From Ramazzottius varieornatus (Eukaryota; Animalia; Tardigrada): a stretch of 64,000 bases of DNA. A model generated the notes under the pieces. It was not told the DNA's origin. It searched no databases and saw nothing but the letters and a program-made list of their open reading frames with translations. Location: NCBI GenBank assembly GCA_001949185.1, contig BDGG01000007.1, forward strand, positions 1,818,730-1,882,729. Direction: 5' to 3'. Of this stretch, positions 14,108-35,782 are shown piece by piece. Both the position numbers and the translations under genes were made by a program. The number at the start of each line of letters is the position of its first letter. Position 1 is the first letter of the stretch.

Positions 14108-14356
14108 AAGATCGTTTTTCGAAGTGGCGCACGCTGTCGGATACTTACAGTAAGATCGTGCGCCACGTAGGCCGACTATCACCTCGTACAAGATCGTTTT
14201 CCACGTGACGCACTTTTGCTGGTAGTAACAATGTAAACATGCGCTACTGAGGAAAACAACAAAACTCGATAGATCGCTGTTCTCCAGTAGCGCACGTTCC
14301 TAGCCTATAACACTGGAAATGTGCGCCACTTGGGAAAAAAATCAGACGCAAGATCG
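14108..14356. repeat. Three ~81-bp tandem units, each AAGATCGTTTT..AGTGGCGCAC-N25-GTGCGCCAC
   Basis: Units start at ~14108, 14189 and 14270. Inverted arms are conserved while the 25-nt spacers differ. Confidence 0.75.
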
Positions 14357-15051
14357 CATAATGGGACCAGTGGTGTCATATGTGACATCGTAAGTAGAAA
14401 GAGAGTGTCCATGCGACAGGCGCACGTTAGCGTCTGCCTTTCTACGGTAAATCAGAACAGTTAAAACTTTACCCACTCCTTCTCGGTCGCCTTATGGCTG
14501 TAAATGAGATCAGCTGATCTTGACGGAGCAAGGCAGCCAACATTGCCATCTGCAGAACTTGATTGGGTAAAGTATACTAGTGGAAAAAGTTGGGTTTCTC
14601 TCCTCGTACGTATAATGGCGGATGGAGCAATCATTAATTCCGCAATGGAGTGCAGTTCATCCAGAAGACACACGCTAAGTGAGTTTTGGCTGCTGTTGTA
14701 CTTCACGCTGGAAAGTGAACCGTGCCAAATGAATTTTGGTCTCTGCATTATCAAAGCCTTTTTGTTGTTTCCGCGGTACTTGGCCATAGACAGACAGCAT
14801 TAAAGTTAAAAAGAAGTTGAAAAGACCTCGTAGAGACAAAAGAATCACACAAAGGTCATTCGAGAACAGGTTTAGAGTTCCTGGCGTAACTCTGTACGAG
14901 TAGGTTCATTTGCTGTTCTTCTGCAGGTGCACAGTCAGCTTTTCGATCACGCGGTCTCTAAAAAAACCACCGACGATGCAGCGTTAAACATGCGATAAAG
15001 TTAGTTGATGTACGGTTCCCAACATCTTTTTGTATTTTAGGGGGAGTATAC

Positions 15052-18000
15052 TCACTTGGGAACCAGAAAAGTGAAGTTGACTTCATAAAGATGGTTTCTA
15101 TCAATAGAAAATTGCTTCCTTAAGGGTGATGCATCTGACTCCTGTGCTACGACTCCTCGTTGCAGACCAAGCTCGTCCTGTCGACTATCGATGGACAGCG
15201 CTCGTTTCTTTGACGGTGGCGCCACCGGCTGGCTATCGTCACTGATACGCTGCAGCACTGATAGTGGTGTTACCTGGGTGCGTCGATTTGCCACCAAGGG
15301 ACCACCAGCACAATAGCGGTTGTGATCTTGATTAAGTGGCAGCGGTATTCCTTGAGAACTTGAACGCGTGGAGTCGTCCAGTGAAGAGTAGAGTTGCCAC
15401 AAGGATTTGACTTCGTTGAACACAGGACCGGATGGACTGCCAGGAGGGTGTCGCAGCGTACCCGGTGATGGGGCCAGCGATCTTGTTGCTTTACCGTCGG
15501 GATATGCAAAAGGCCACTCAAAGTTCAGACCACAAAATCCTCCCAATGGTAAGCTGGAAGATAACCTGTTTGACATAGTCAGTAGGATCTGTTTTCATGT
15601 TCCAGAATGATATCCATTCCGATTGTTGTACGTAAGATTGTTTATACTCTACTTTTGGGTTCTTTTATCGAAAGGTGCTGCAAATTTTCAGATCATCGTT
15701 ATCCGATCAGCTCTTCATTTAACTTATTGTCACAAGCTTGTTGTTTGCATTTAACACATTGGAGCAGACAAGGAATGGAGGAACAATTTTTACGTACCAG
15801 CGGTGAATACTGCAGTCTGGTCCACCAGGAAGCTGCTGGCTCCCCCGTTGTTACTGATACATTTCTGTGTCAACTCCAATGTTTTATCGAGTAGCCGTCT
15901 GCCCAGGTAGAAATAGTCAGCCTAAAATAACTACGTACTGTACGCGGTTGAAGTATGAGCTATTCATACTGTACATACAGTATACTGTGAGAATCTTGGC
16001 CGTACCTGAGACGTGGCCTTGCGGAAAACTATAGCCTCCACTTCCACGGGGCTCTTTGGCAAAGGAGCACCATACCTGTGCGCCATCAACCGGCTACAGC
16101 GGGAAGAAGAATAACCGATAAAAGCTAGCGCTACCATTTCACTTCAAGCCGACACGATTGCATATTGCACGAAAAATACGTACACTAATTCTTCGGTGAG
16201 CCATCGACGAGCAGCGGCATCCGGCTTACTTGCTGGAGGGCCTTCTTCCATCCCTCTTGAGTAGATTCGAACGTTCTACGTTTCTGGGAGATGGGAGAGA
16301 CTGGAGACAAACTGGGAAGCAGCGAGAACTCAGAAGAAAAGGTGCGTTCAAGCGTGGTGAGGAGAAACGGTCTTTTGCTTTGCTATATTCTCTTTGAAAC
16401 GCCAGCAGCGCTGTGCAAGATGGGGAAATACCCGCGTTTTGAGCTGAACAACCGCGCACATGGCTCTGCTTAAGAGAGTGTGGTAACGTACGTACGTCAG
16501 CAGGAAGCTGATTGCGGGGAAACGAAGGAAATTAATCAAAAAGGCTGCACATCGGTACGAAAATGCGAAACCATGTTATTAGGCAAATTAAGGGCAGGGC
16601 TTTTCCCAAAGACGCCAGAAAGCACGACCTTATAATGTCAAGCTTCACCCACTTGAATCAGAAAAACGTTGACTTATGCATAACATGGTTTTATTACTCC
16701 GCCTTGATTTTTTCAAGATTGCAGAACCGAGGTCGAAAGTCATTATTATTACACGCAGGTTCAGAGAGGGGCGTTCACTAGCCCGAAAGCCGTGTAGTAT
16801 ATACCACTTTAGTGCAGATTGGGCTTGAGTAGGGCGTCTACCATCTTTCCAGTCACGATCGGCTCTTGATGATCAAAATCGAGCCCCACAACACCGAAAA
16901 GACCTAGTTGTCCATCAAAAACCTCACCGCTGTCTTTTTCTTGCAGGACGTAGTCATCGGCAGCTTTGCCATCCAACAGGGACATGCTCAGTGCAAAGGC
17001 CACATAAGCCGTCAGCGGATATGTGAAGCTGATTGCGGCTGTTTTTCTATCGATCCGTTCGACCTGCAGTACCGCAGGCTTTTCCGTTTCTAAAATTGAG
17101 GTGCGTTAAATGGGTCGCCTACTGGGAAATGCCCGGACACACTATGGCTGGTTACCACACCTTCAATGACAACCGCTTTCGGTGTTGTTCGGCCTGCCTT
17201 GGCCTTCTTGGGTCGCGCAGACTTGTCAAGGGGGAGTTCCACCTTGACTGTTTCGACTGGGATAGTTCCCTGTACAATGTCCAGTTGCGCTGTGTGCTCA
17301 GCCTTGTTCTGACGTCTGTTCAGCACCATTTCTGCTTTGTCTACAACAGTATCACGAGTTGGCGTTTCCTGTCAATTACATGCGCATCTCACGAGATACT
17401 ACAGTACAAGCTCGACCTTTGTACCTTCGGTGTAAAAGAAAGAGGAATTTTCCAGAGTGAGCAAGTCCGTAAAGGGGGCGACGGGTTCTCGCCGGTGGTT
17501 CCATCTTGATAGAAGATGTTCTCTGATCTGAAAAGGTCGTGCATCAGCCATTGCGAATTTCGCCATGCTTGGTACACGCAAGACGAGAAATTATGGGGCC
17601 AGTGAAAATTAAGGGACAGGTGGAGAGGACGGCGAAATGGAAATTCGACCTTAGAAAAGTGACGAAAACTGTATTACTGTGAATCGGTCGCGTACGTACG
17701 TGCTCCCGTACCACCGTAGCGAAAAGGCCTGTACCAGAATTTCTCGTCGTGCGTGTGCCTGTAAAACAGAACGATCAGGCCAACCTTTAATGGAGAGTAG
17801 GAAACAAGGCACTGTTTCGCCATATCGACACCGGGGAGAAGAACTCGAACTCCCTGCCAGTTCTTTGCAGCTCCGCTGGCAAGATGGGCCTTCTACAAGT
17901 ATTCAGTAGTTACGCAAATGTAAACTTAGAGACAGCTTTTGGAGGTGAGAAACATGAAGGTATTTTCCTATACAGTCTCTGTTGGTGCATGGAAACTTAC

Positions 18001-18680
18001 GTACACAAAAGCAGCTACTTCTTCCCGTAAGGAGTTACCCGGGGTCTGCTTGTCGCCTGTCGTCTTGTTGGTACTCGTTTCTTTGAACAAAGTAAAGGAG
18101 TCCTCAAAAGAGGTTGCTCTGCAAGAGCTTGGTTAACAACAGCCTTATTATGGTTTTTTACGGGTTTGACGGATGTGGTCTGTTTCGGCCGAGTTCGACT
18201 TCAACAACGTACATTAACGAGCCAACATAGGTGGATGCCTGGCGAAGTGGCGGAGACCTATCTGATCCATCGGTGCAGTCCACCCAGAAATCAAGGTATG
18301 CTTGACGGTTGCTAACTCGCTTTCTGCACTTTATCAGTGGCAAAGGCTGATACAGCGAGCATCTGTCGTTGCTAGTATAGTATGAAAGCACATTGAGACC
18401 TACCCAACTAGTTGAGTTAACGTACCTGGAAAGGTTCGACTCGTTCCATGGAGCAAGCATAGACAAGGCCAACTACCGACGTCGTTCTCTTGACCCATAA
18501 CTTACAGTGATGTGTAGATGATACCACGGTATGTATAAGGCTTGCTCGGTACTGGAGACTGGAAGGCTTCGAGGTGGCAGGGTGTTGGTAGAGTGGGCGG
18601 CCACTCACATCGTCTGACAAGGAAGACTGCGCTTCCACGAACTGGTCGACGTCTGGCTGAAACCGTAGGTCACACCACAT
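15052..18680 (-). CDS. Uncharacterised multi-exon coding region (one or two lineage-specific genes)
   Basis: Several minus-strand ORF segments bounded by GT/AG sites (e.g. 15052-15576, 16809-17003, 17090-17370, 18000-18120, 18160-18680). No recognisable domain and the structure is unresolved. Confidence 0.3.
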
Positions 18681-19181
18681 TACAGCTCAAAATTATTGGA
18701 AAAATTTTTATCGGGAAAATTGTGCGTGATATATAAAAAACATTGCTTCTGAGGTGGCTTTACCAAAGATAATTTTAAGGGCGGGTCGGTCGACTTCCGC
18801 TGTTCAACAAGCGGCGCTAAAAACATTCTTTGGCTTGCTTGGTGATCCAAACCGTCTCACGGGCTAAATGGCATGAGTCTACTGTAAAATATGCGTAGAG
18901 CTGTTGTAGTCGTACAGATCACGAGTGTTTCCGGCTGTTTCGCATGCATGGGACGGTAACGAATGGAGCGTTCCATCAAGTACAATGTCACTGAGTACTA
19001 CAACATTTGCAACGAATGGCACAAACATGCAAACTACTACCATAATTATTCACACGCTCTTAACGCCACAGGGTTGCTAAAGCTACCGAAAATATCGTGG
19101 TTGTCAGAAAAAGAGACGACAGAGTAAATATTTGAAAGGAGGATTTTATTCTCAATCGTGTTCCGCCATCATTGTCCATTA

Positions 19182-19989
19182 TTAGCACCAGTTGCGAACC
19201 ATTCTTCGCAGGTCAGTATTCCTTAGAACAGTCAGTAATGGATCGAAAACAGTCGTCAGCCGTTGAAGCGCGTCGACAGCCTCCAAAGCACTGTGCTTTT
19301 GAACTCTGTCCCCGATTGCACCGTGTAGAAGACTATTCGGCAGCAAGCAAATAATAAAGCTCAATATCATCACAGCAAGGGTTACAAAACCCGTTCGGCT
19401 TTGGCTGACAACTCTTCCACAAAAGCTGGCTTTTCTTTCTTCACATCCGCCCCAAGTATGGCTTGAGCGCCTGCCACCCAAGTGGCCTTTGTTACCTGTA
19501 AATGTACGGTTGGGAATCTGAAGGCCACTCCGGAGGATGTACGCTGCTTACGGTCACTAAGAAAAGGCCTGTAGCAGACAAGTGCATGGATAGGCGCCGA
19601 TGACCATAATCATCGGAATCTCGAATAAGAGAAACACCGTACCGCCACAAGAGATTAAACCGTGCCTGTACACCGTACCAAATGCCCATCAGCGCGGCGT
19701 CTATGGCACACTGCACCGACCCATCGGATCGTGTGGTGACCATGGTATAGATGATCCCTGCAATTGAAGTGGGGACAAGACAGATGGTTGTCCATACCAG
19801 CAGACAAAGGATCAGCGCCGTCTTGCTGCGATGACGAGTGCGGTAGGAGAAGGAGAACGTGACGACCCAGGCACAGTTTAGGGCGATGAGGAAGTGCACC
19901 AGTTCGATAAGGTTCTGATATACCCAGCCCAGGTTAGTTGTCAGAGAGGCAGGTCCGGTACACCAAGCGCCACTTGAGTTCGGTTTCAT
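19182..19989 (-). pseudogene. Divergent 7TM GPCR-like fragment (TM3-TM7), N-terminally truncated or pseudogenised
   Basis: 'LIALNCAWVVTFSFSYR...ALILCLLVW', 'GFVTLAVMILSFIICLLP', 'TTVFDPLLTVLRNTDLR' (DPxxx TM7 plus helix 8). There is no room for TM1-2 before the RTK stop at 20124. Confidence 0.5.
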
Positions 19990-20123
19990 AGAAATCAGTT
20001 TTATCCCAAAATTCCTAATTGTTCAGGAGGAAAGGGTCGTGTGCTTAAGCAGCTCTGAACCGTTGTACAGTATGGCTTAGCCAGTTTAAGGCATAGCCGG
20101 TTTTCGGTTTCGACACTCTACCA

Positions 20124-23777
<3,654 letters not shown>

Positions 23778-25069
23778 ATCCGAAGCAAAGGATGCAAAAA
23801 TTGTTCACGATCACAAGCACTCTGTTCTTCGAACACATGAGCAGTAAAACCAGTAGCCGTGGTCCTTGTGCAGTCAGATTGAGGTGATGCTCGCTGCCAT
23901 ACATTTTTCATATTTGCTTTCATGGAAAGATTTGCAATCATTACTCATTCCTGAATTTTTTACTGCTGATCACAAGTACCTCCTCCCTTTGGACAGACGG
24001 CACCAGCGAGACTTGAACGCCATCGGGAAATGTTCGCCTGGTCACACTTATGGCAAAGCAGGGTGGCATGCAGGCGAGTTTTCCGACTAGGAATTCATAA
24101 ACTATATGGCTCAATAGAGCAAATCTTCCTCTATACGATGTACTCATTGCGTACCCAAATACACAGCCGGAAAGAGTTTAAACGCAAGAGTTTAAACAAG
24201 GAAGTAAATGGAGACTTCTGGCTGACCAGTGGGTCAGTCAATACTGTCCTATCCACACTGAATCTATATGTACTGCGTAGCGGTCAAGCGCCACTTTTTC
24301 GACTATGCCGTTCAATTAGACTTCACACCTAATAAAAGTAGCATCTCGATCAAGTCAAACTTACGAGTAAAGCCACATGTTTAGCTTCGAAGAAGCCATC
24401 TCACCATTCACTTTCATCATTCTGCGTTTTCACCATATATGCATGGTAGGAAGGCGGAAACCTCTACCTGGCCAGTTAGGTCACGTACCCGACAAATCCA
24501 AATTTAGATTTTCATCCATTAGACCTATTTCGCAAGTCATGTTTCGGCCCTGAATTCAATAAAATCACATGATTTTGTGCTGTGCAGGTTTCTCTGCAGA
24601 AACCGTTTCGCGGTTTCGACACTTCCGGCACAGAAAATTAAGATAAAGCGATATTACGCTGCGCGAGTTCAGCCGGGAACTGAGATTCGCGAGACCTGTC
24701 ACTTATCCCTCAACCGGATAAATCCAGGACTTTTTTCGCGTTTTCTAGCAGTAGTTTTGGGAAGAGAAATGTCTCTTCCTCGTATTAATGCTGGTTCAGA
24801 TCGAAAACGTGATGGATTTGTAGAAGAAACGAGAGGGGAAGTCAAGTGACGCAATGTGGAAAAGACGCGTCGCTCGGATTACGTGGCGCGCCAGGTCCAA
24901 TTCGCTGATTGGTCTGATCACGCTCCACTCCCCTGAAATTTCAAATCTCGACCAAAGTGGTCAATAGTTCAATCAACTCAGCTTGCACAGAATTTAAAAT
25001 TCTGTGCAGCGATATTAGGCCGAACATAAGTCGTGGATAAAAGCACAGCATAAAACCTATACATATGCT

Positions 25070-26050
25070 GTGCAAGCCGAAAACATGACTTGCGAAACAG
25101 GTCTACTTTGTTGGTCCATTCTTTGTTTATGTTTACTGAAGCGTATGGCGGAGAATATGATATGGGTCTGCGCGTGGAAACCGAAGGGGCTTTTGTATGC
25201 GAGCAAAAGTGAACAGTGGAAGTACCGGACAGGAAGGGAGCTGCATTTCAAATCACTGTGGAATGCTCTAATCCAGCTCACTGCAGAGTCTTCTGGACCT
25301 TGTCAGGATAAAGATGGGACCCACAAGATCAACACGTATGTTGCCGTTGCCGGATAGATTACCGGAATGAAATGCCGGAAGACACAAGAACTTATGGCGG
25401 ATCTCGGTAGTCCAATGTCGACTGAGAGAGCATACCGCAAGACGGCTGACCACATCTCGACCGCATGCTCTACCGTTGGCACCAAAAGCATAAGTGCCGC
25501 CGCTGCGCCGTTGAGAGTAGTGATGGAAGTAACAGGGCAGGTCGGACAAACTCTGGATGTTGTTGCCGCTTGTGATGGAATGTGGCTGAATCGCGAACAG
25601 AAATCTCGACATGGAGCAGCAACAGTAATTCATAAGAGTTATCCCGACAGATTTGCCGAAGGAATAGTTTCTGTGGTGTATGGTTCTTTATCGGTAGAGT
25701 TTCAAAGCGATTCTCAGCCCTTTGGAGCAGTATTCCGAAAAAGCCAGGTGTGGTCTTCAAAAATCAGCGTCTAAGAATCTGGAGAGGAACCTGGGAAGGA
25801 TCTGCTACAAAGTACAGTTTTGCTCATGGTGAAGTCCTGCCGCCGTATTGAGATGTGCTCGTCGGCCCGAGAGAGCCCAGAACCCATCCTGACCGGCCTT
25901 AACAGCTATCTCCAGCATGCAGGTCTGTTGTGTCAAATGTGGTAGGAGAAGGTTAAGGTGACGAACAACAGTCGGCTCGAAGCCATCAGAAAATCTGCGA
26001 GCACGAATTTAATATTCTGATAATGAACTACCCATTCCAGGCACTTTCGG
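25070..26050 (+). mobile_element. Degenerate Mutator-like transposase remnant between the two RTK genes
   Basis: 'LDVVAACDGMWLNREQKSRHGAATVI' resembles the Mutator-like transposase motif (D-I-x-V-S-x-D-G-T-W-x-K-R-G-H-x-S-x-x-G-V-x-T-V-I). Frames are broken and boundaries are approximate. Confidence 0.55.
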
Positions 26051-26368
26051 GCAAATGCAGGTTGGGCCTGTCGTGTCTTGGTGGGTGATCAATTATTTGT
26101 ACAGTGTAAGTGGTTTATAAACGACAATCACGCTCCGTGCGTAATTGCATTTCAGCAACGAGTACTAATTTACGGTTCCTCAGCTGTCGAAAAAGAATGA
26201 TAACGGTAGGCACAAGATAGAGATGATAATGCGAGCAAACAAGATGAGGTTAGACCGCAAGCAACGCTGGAATCTCACAGCTGAATTTCGCTACGGAGGT
26301 GTACCGTGGGCACAGTGATTCTTTCGTAGTATATTATTAGCAGTCCAAAATCTGAATCTACAGCAGGC

Positions 26369-30797
<4,429 letters not shown>

Positions 30798-31008
30798 CGT
30801 GTTTGTACCAGCCATAAAACGCAACGGGCATTGACAGTTTGAATGAAAGCTCACCAACGTTTCCACCTTGTAGTCTTCGCGTTTCCGACACGTCCAGTTC
30901 CCTTGAGTTAATTCATTTCCAACCACCAGTCCCGAGAACGGAACAGAAGAATATGTTTGTGGTTTGTGCCATATGGTTCGAACATTGTGTAACGTTACAT
31001 TAAATACG

Positions 31009-31254
31009 TACTTTAGACTACCGATCTAGTGGGACACTTTCGGGTCCGGGTCCGGGTCCGGGTCCGGGTCCGGGTCCGGGTCCGTCTCCGTGCAAAAAGA
31101 CTCCCCGGATCGTGGGCGAAATATTTGGTGAACATATGTACCGATCAGCTGATCGATATGACTTCACAAATAACAGCAGATTCTGCTAGTTCCAGCCAGT
31201 CTTTTTGGACGATCCGGACCCAAAACTGTCCCACTAAATCGGTAGTTTAAAGTA
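31009..31254. mobile_element. MITE-like element containing a (CGGGTC)7 microsatellite
   Basis: Inverted ends ttagactaccgatctagtgggacactttcgggtccgg / ccggacccaaaactgtcccactaaatcggtagtttaa. Hexamer array at 31041-31082. Confidence 0.75.
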
Positions 31255-31961
31255 GTTATTGCATTCAAAAATTCAATGTAACTAACTAATAGTTACATTC
31301 AAATATCCAAAGGGCGACTTCGCAGAACATTTTTAGCGTGCCAATACTGAATTACGGACAGGTCAAGTATTCGTGAGTGATGACCAACCCGCAACTCAGA
31401 AACGCCGAAATACATCTTTTGATGGTGTCCAGCTTGCTTATCGCTCTGTGCACGGAGTGACAGACTATCACGCCACCATGCAAGCCATATTATCGTTCCA
31501 ACATCTGTTTAAGAATCCATCAAGATGTTTCGATTGATTTCCCGCAATTCGGGAAATTCCATTGACCATCTTTTAACGGAACCCCGCTATCTTCCAATGA
31601 ACTAGGACAGCTTTGCCAGATACATAGTAGTCTATGAAAGTCTCATGAAGCACTTCTGCTCAGGTTTCATGCATATGCAAGTTGGCGCTCATAGTCCGAA
31701 GGTCGCCCAAGATTGTTGAGTAAACAGATAACCTTCGATTGGCGATAATGAGACATCGTGTGCAGCTGAGAATACAATAGTATCATGTCCTGTCGCTTAC
31801 ATAACAGACTGAAACCTTGACAGCGCAACGTCCACGTTTGCTGTTGCATGACTGTGGAAGGCGTTTACACTTCAGCAGCAGCCTTCTCCCGCCAGACACT
31901 CGGCCCCGTCACCTTCTCGCTTGTTTTTCCTCTTTACTGCAAGCTGATATCCGCAAACAAG

Positions 31962-33220
31962 ATGGCCGACAAAATTCTTGGGACTTATGACTTGGTGGAG
32001 AGCAAGGACTTCGACAAGTACATGGAAGCTATCGGTAAGGGGTCCTTTACGAAAAGCCTCGGCAATGTCCTTGATGTTGATGTTTTTGCAATGTAGGCGT
32101 TGGCTTCTTGATGAGAAAGATGGCCAACTCGACGACCAGCATGCAAGTTGAGATCTCCCAGAACGGCGACGACTTTACCATCAAAAGCATCAGCAAGCTG
32201 AAGACCAGCGAAGTCAAGTTCAAGCTCAACCAGGAGACCAAGGAGACCACCATGGATGGCCGGGAAGTCCTCGTAAGTATGCTGTACAGTCACGGTCATT
32301 AGTAATGGCCACCCCATAGTCTACGTTTATTTCGCCATATCTCCTCATCCCGTCGTCAGATTTCTAAAATCCAAAAGTCATCACATGGAAGGCACTCAGC
32401 TTTCCCACCACGAGGTAGGCACAAGGAAATAAGGGTACTTTTTTGCTCCCGCCCACAGGTCACGTGATAGGTTTACCGGAAAGCTTAAACGGGCAGAGTG
32501 TAGCAAAACCAGCGGTTTTTTTATACATTAACACTTTCGGCTCGATCTTTTTATGTTCGCAGAATACTACCGTCCTCTTTGTGTATACAGGAATTTTATT
32601 GGCTGGTATCGTGTTGCAGAGGCTGGTCCAACCAATAGGCAATTTTGGAAATTTCAAAATTCGGATAATTGGCAGGCCATGAACGCCAAATCTTAAAAGG
32701 GAGAACTGGTCGTCTTGATTTTCTTCCGAACGCACTGATGACTACAAAATTTATCCCAGGCTCGGCTTCGATAGATGAGACTGTCCCCAGTGCTGCAGCT
32801 TTTCTCTAAGCGAATACCGTGCATGTTTCTCGCGCGAAGAGACGAAACACCAAATTTCACCAAAACCACCCGAAACCGTAGAAAACATTTCCAGCGCGCT
32901 GGGGTTTTCTCGGGAGAGAAAACACACACTACGAACGAGTTCCAGGCCAACAACAGTTCTTGTCTTTCTAGTCCACCTTCACATTGGATGGAAACACCTT
33001 GACACAAGTGCAGAAAGGTATCAAAGATCCCAGCTTTGTGTCCACCATTGAACGAAAGTTCACGTCCGAAGGAATGGTTGCGGTAAGTTTACCTCAGAAT
33101 ATACTGTAGGTGTGCGCCAAAACATTTATATGTGACCCTTCGATTTCGATCTGATTAGTCTCATTGCAGACACTCAAGCACAAAGATGTCGTTGCTGTAC
33201 GCACATACAAAAAGATTTGA
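31962..33220 (+). CDS. FABP: Intracellular fatty acid-binding protein; exons 31962-32034, 32097-32272, 32972-33082, 33170-33220
   Basis: 'GTYDLVESKDFDKYMEAIGVGFLMRK', 'FKLNQETKETTMDGR' and C-terminal 'RTYKKI' (RxY ligand motif). Canonical 4-exon FABP layout with no signal peptide. Confidence 0.92.
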
Positions 33221-34578
33221 ACTGCCTGTATTCTAAACGGATCATTGCTCTAGTTTTTTGAATTAGAGACGATCACTGATGCGAGTAAACCGACTTCTTT
33301 TCCGTTTCGCAGTCGAAGTTGTCGAATACTGAATATACTGTATACAGTGTGCCTCGTCGTTGGCCCTCGTAAAGTAGAGCCCGAGCGTCGGCGACCCGGT
33401 TCGTACTTCTTCTGACCAGAAGTACCATGGTCTTTTTGGCCATATCAAGGGTCCTCACTCATCAGTCTGTGCCGTTGTGTATAATGCAGTCAAAGGTTCT
33501 TACCAGCGGCCTAGAGAGACTAGAAGGTCGCCTGTCGTCATCGCAAAGTAATCAACGTGCTTTAGCTAATGGCCCATCTCTCAACGGGAAGAAACCTTCC
33601 AAGGTTGAAAAAGCTAGCTTCTATCAGATATAGAGCAGCGGTAGAGACAGCAGAAAGGTTTTCAAATACCAGATGGTAACCTGTTGGCGCACTAGATAAC
33701 TTTACCCCGTTTCACGTCCGCACTTTCCATTTGTAGGAGATAATATTTTTTTCGAATCTTGACAGCGCTTGACGTTGTTCTGCTCAAACTGGTTGCCAGA
33801 CGTGCTTCTTTCATCCAGTGCTGAATTCGAACTCAGAAGCGCATCCGGGAAGAAACTACATAATTTCTTCAAGAACGTCGAGCATTTCAAAAACCTCCTT
33901 CATATTGGTGTCAGCGACCCATCTCCCATAGGACCCATACGAACGATTGCTAGCCAAAAGGTTCGGGAAACGAGTTTGAAGTTTCGGGACCTCAAGGGCA
34001 AAATTGAACTGCTGATGGAATCTAGCGTATCAGACATCGAGGAAGTGGAACACGATGCTGGGGTTCGTTTGGTCGTCTGACCAGTGGTCAGGCAGCTACG
34101 TTAGAAATGTGAAGGTTTGACTTTTCAAGTGGAAATGTTTGGACGTCGCATTGATGCCATACAGCGGGAGAATGTGCTTGCAGCTGTTTGGACACAATAC
34201 CCCCATGCGGGGTTATTTCAGCTTGTAATCACCCCCCAGGAGTTTTGGAAATTCTGAAAGGGTGAACAGTTTAATGGAACTTCTATCTGTTGCAAAGCGC
34301 AGCGACTCTACCGCGTGACACCTTTGAGTAATCTGAACAACCTGATGTCAAAAAAGTGTACTGTGGAAGCAAAAAAGTGTGTATGAAAATTGGGCCGCCG
34401 ATACCCCGTATACGTATTTGACCATTTTTTGCAACGGATGACTTCCAGCCTGGCCTATATCGAACAACCCCAGAATTTCTGGTGAACCAAGCTGTGAAAC
34501 TTACTTAACCCCCTACATTTAATTTTACAATTGAATGGTAAGTTGCATATTTCTTCGACTCAAATGAGATAGGCTAAG

Positions 34579-35348
34579 TTAGACTTTTGTGGTCAAATAA
34601 TCTTTCTTCTCCTCGAACTTGGGGCCGACTGTGGGACGGTACTGGACGGGGATATTGCTCAGGTCTCGGAGGACAACGTTGCCCTCCAGCCACAAACTCT
34701 GCTTGGGAGTGGTGATCAGCACGCTGTTGGCTTTCCAATACATCACCACCGACCGTACAGTACCCAAGTCTTTGCCAGCAGCCATGAGGAAAGAATACGT
34801 CCTGCCAGGCACGAAATCATGCTTCCTAAAACACAACACTCATTTTCAGATGACCCTTCCACCTCCAAGTTCATCGGGAATTTCAACATCTATGACAAGT
34901 ACTGACTTGGGAGTTAAATGAAGCTTGGCGCTGGTAGCTTTGTTACCGTAAAGTGTAACCCATAGATCGGCTCCATTATGCTGCAAAATCGCACACTGCA
35001 TTGTCAACAGGTCTCGACAGCGTACTAACCATCTTAGCGTTTGCCCATTTCACCTTGGAAGCCCCGTTTTCCTTTGTCTTGTTCTGGAGCGCAATGGTTA
35101 ACTGATGGGTCATGACTGAAAAACGAGTTCGTAGCGGTGAGGAAATGTGTACAGTGCGCGCCAAAAAAAACAGCGCCGCGGGAATTAAATATCCAACATA
35201 TGCATGAATATCTACCTGGCATGGGGGTGGTAGTCTTGGCCCGGTCTGCCGCTTGGGTAAAGCCCTCATCGCCGGGTCTTCCCAAGGTCGACGAAACAGC
35301 ACAGGCCATAAGGAACGCTATGAGGACGGACTTCATGATGAAAGCCAT
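34579..35348 (-). CDS. Secreted stand-alone PLAT/LH2 domain protein 1 (lipase C-terminal type); 4 exons
   Basis: Signal peptide 'MKSVLIAFLMACAVSSTLG'. Spliced product 'VMTHQLTIALQNKTKEN...HNGADLWVTLYGNKATSAKLHLTPKKHDFVPGRTYSFLMAAGKDLGTVRSVVMYW' aligns with the C-termini of the neighbouring lipases. Confidence 0.8.
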
Positions 35349-35782
35349 TACCCTGTTCGCAGGATAACACAGGCATTGATCTCGGAAGACTGAAATTGGA
35401 CGACCACTTGAGACGGCAGCGAACTGGCCAGCAATCGTTGGACTGATTTCCTGGCTTGGCTAGGGCACTGCAGGTAATAACTCTCTGCCTTATTGTCATT
35501 TTGATCCAGCTATCCTTGTCTGAGCTGCAGGTAATCTGTTTCATTGTCCAAGCTTTTGTTAGCTATAATCGTAGCCAGACATTGATGCACGGTCGCGATT
35601 TTGAACGGAGAGTGACGATTCTTGCGACTGACCTTCATACTTGTACAGCATCTGCTAAAGTCCGCTCCACAATAATACGGTTCAGTCTATATAATCCTAT
35701 TCGAAGGCAGAGATAAATTTTGAGACTTTACCCAACAAGAGTTTTAACGCTTAAGAGCGGAAGATAGGTCGGGAAAGAGCGT

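Noticed and set aside
14108-14356. CRISPR array
   Set aside because: Eukaryotic context, only three degenerate units, repeat arms flank the spacer as inverted pairs, and no cas genes. Reported instead as a palindromic motif family.
31029-31250. ORF with RVRVRV repeat
   Set aside because: It is the translation of the (CGGGTC)n microsatellite inside a MITE.
31962-33220. FABP as a tardigrade SAHS (secretory abundant heat-soluble) protein
   Set aside because: No signal peptide, and it has canonical cytosolic FABP motifs and 4-exon structure; it reads as an ordinary FABP.
33460-34520. ORF 33769-34080 and surrounding sequence as a gene or transposon
   Set aside because: No motif, termini or splice pattern that I can support.
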